Shown piece after piece: positions 63,260-64,000 of a stretch of DNA of 64,000 nt. The stretch lies in sequence record PQ301181; one strand, 5' to 3'. Source of the DNA: Escherichia phage EP02SG. The notes beneath the pieces were generated by a model. It saw only the letters and a program-made list of their open reading frames with translations. It made no database searches and was not told the DNA's origin. Each line of letters opens with the position of its first letter. Positions within the stretch are counted from its first letter, which is position 1. The translations under genes and the position numbers were made by a program.

Positions 63260-63524
63260 CTAATTTCCTTAATTGATATTGCAACGAGCCAATAATTTCT
63301 TCGTTCATTTTAATATACATGTCGCGCAAGAAAGGTTTTAACCCATCACGAATAATTGCTAATGTATCACCTTTACATAAATTAACCAAATAAGGATGGT
63401 CTAAAGCATCCCAACCAGGCTGATTAGCATACATACCATAATTTTCTTCCATCATAACATTCAGGCGTTTGATATGATTAATGTTGGCTTCAATAGCATC
63501 AATCTGGAGTTGTTTAAGATTCAT
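63243..63524 (-). CDS. Hypothetical protein (93 aa)
   Basis: Small ORF, 1-nt junction with the upstream ORF. Confidence 0.45.
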   Translation of the reverse strand: MNLKQLQIDAIEANINHIKRLNVMMEENYGMYANQPGWDALDHPYLVNLCKGDTLAIIRDGLKPFLRDMYIKMNEEIIGSLQYQLRKLDDENN

Positions 63525-63985
63525 TAGTAAAGGTCCTCAGAGTAAAGTTCTTTTTCATTACCACCACGTTCAATACGTACTTGTCCAGCGTAAGTTGCAA
63601 TAATCATTGCTTCTTCACGTGTCCAATAATTACTATATTGGTCAATAAACCCTTGGTCATCATCACAAACTTGTTGAGTAACTAATTGAGGTTTAACTAC
63701 ATCTAAAACTTCTGCCATATCTTTAGAATAATGACGAGCACCTGGAATAATAAGAGTTCGTCCATCTTTTAATTTAAAACGGTTGGCTGCGCAGACAATT
63801 CGTCGTTGATACTTTTGGTTTTCATCCCAATACAGAGTCTGCCAACAGATTTCAGGAACTTCATCTAAAACATTTTGTTCTGTATATTCACCGCCGTAAG
63901 AAGCTAATTTAGCAGCCAGACTTTCCGGAGTCTCACGCGACAAAGCTTTATCTAACAGAGCTAAACGTTCTTTAAAAGTTTTCAT
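63524..63985 (-). CDS. Hypothetical protein (153 aa)
   Basis: ORF at the right edge of the window; no motif recognised. Confidence 0.5.
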   Translation of the reverse strand: MKTFKERLALLDKALSRETPESLAAKLASYGGEYTEQNVLDEVPEICWQTLYWDENQKYQRRIVCAANRFKLKDGRTLIIPGARHYSKDMAEVLDVVKPQLVTQQVCDDDQGFIDQYSNYWTREEAMIIATYAGQVRIERGGNEKELYSEDLY

Positions 63986-64000
63986 TTAAACCATCCTTTA

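Overview
This 64-kb window is a contiguous segment of a T4-like (T-even, Tevenvirinae) myovirus genome, tightly packed and collinear with phage T4. Plus strand: terminase large subunit gene 17 (starts at position 1), tail sheath 18, tail tube 19, portal 20, prohead core 67/68, prohead protease 21, scaffold 22, major capsid 23, vertex 24, uvsW, baseplate hub genes 51-27-28-29-48-54, long tail fibre genes 34-35-36-37 with chaperone 38, and holin t. Minus strand: rnlB, hoc, inh, uvsY, 25, 26, then a long early/middle block alt, 30 (DNA ligase), rIII, 31, cd, pseT, alc, rnlA, denA, nrdB, nrdA, td, frd, 32, 59, 33, dsbA, rnh, and asiA. Regulation is T4-typical: TATAAATA late promoters in front of structural genes, sigma70-like early promoters (GTTTAC-type -35 with TATAAT/TACTAT -10) in front of minus-strand early genes, at least one MotA-box middle promoter (uvsY), and many GC-rich UUCG/CGAA tetraloop hairpins acting as terminators. 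No rRNA, tRNA, CRISPR array, transposon or integrase was found. td and nrdB are intron-less and no seg/mob homing endonuclease ORFs are present. What departs from the T4 layout as I recall it: (1) a full-length class I DAHP synthase (AroG-like) gene between cd and pseT, (2) a Dam-family N6-adenine methyltransferase between nrdB and nrdA, (3) a self-contained early cassette on the opposite strand between late genes 23 and 24, (4) a NADAR-like and a HAD-like gene next to the Alt ADP-ribosyltransferase and DNA ligase, and (5) a 265-nt ORF-free, GC-richer gap beside rIII. All homology calls rest on motifs read from the ORF translations and on recalled T4 proteins; no database search was run, so novelty is unverified.
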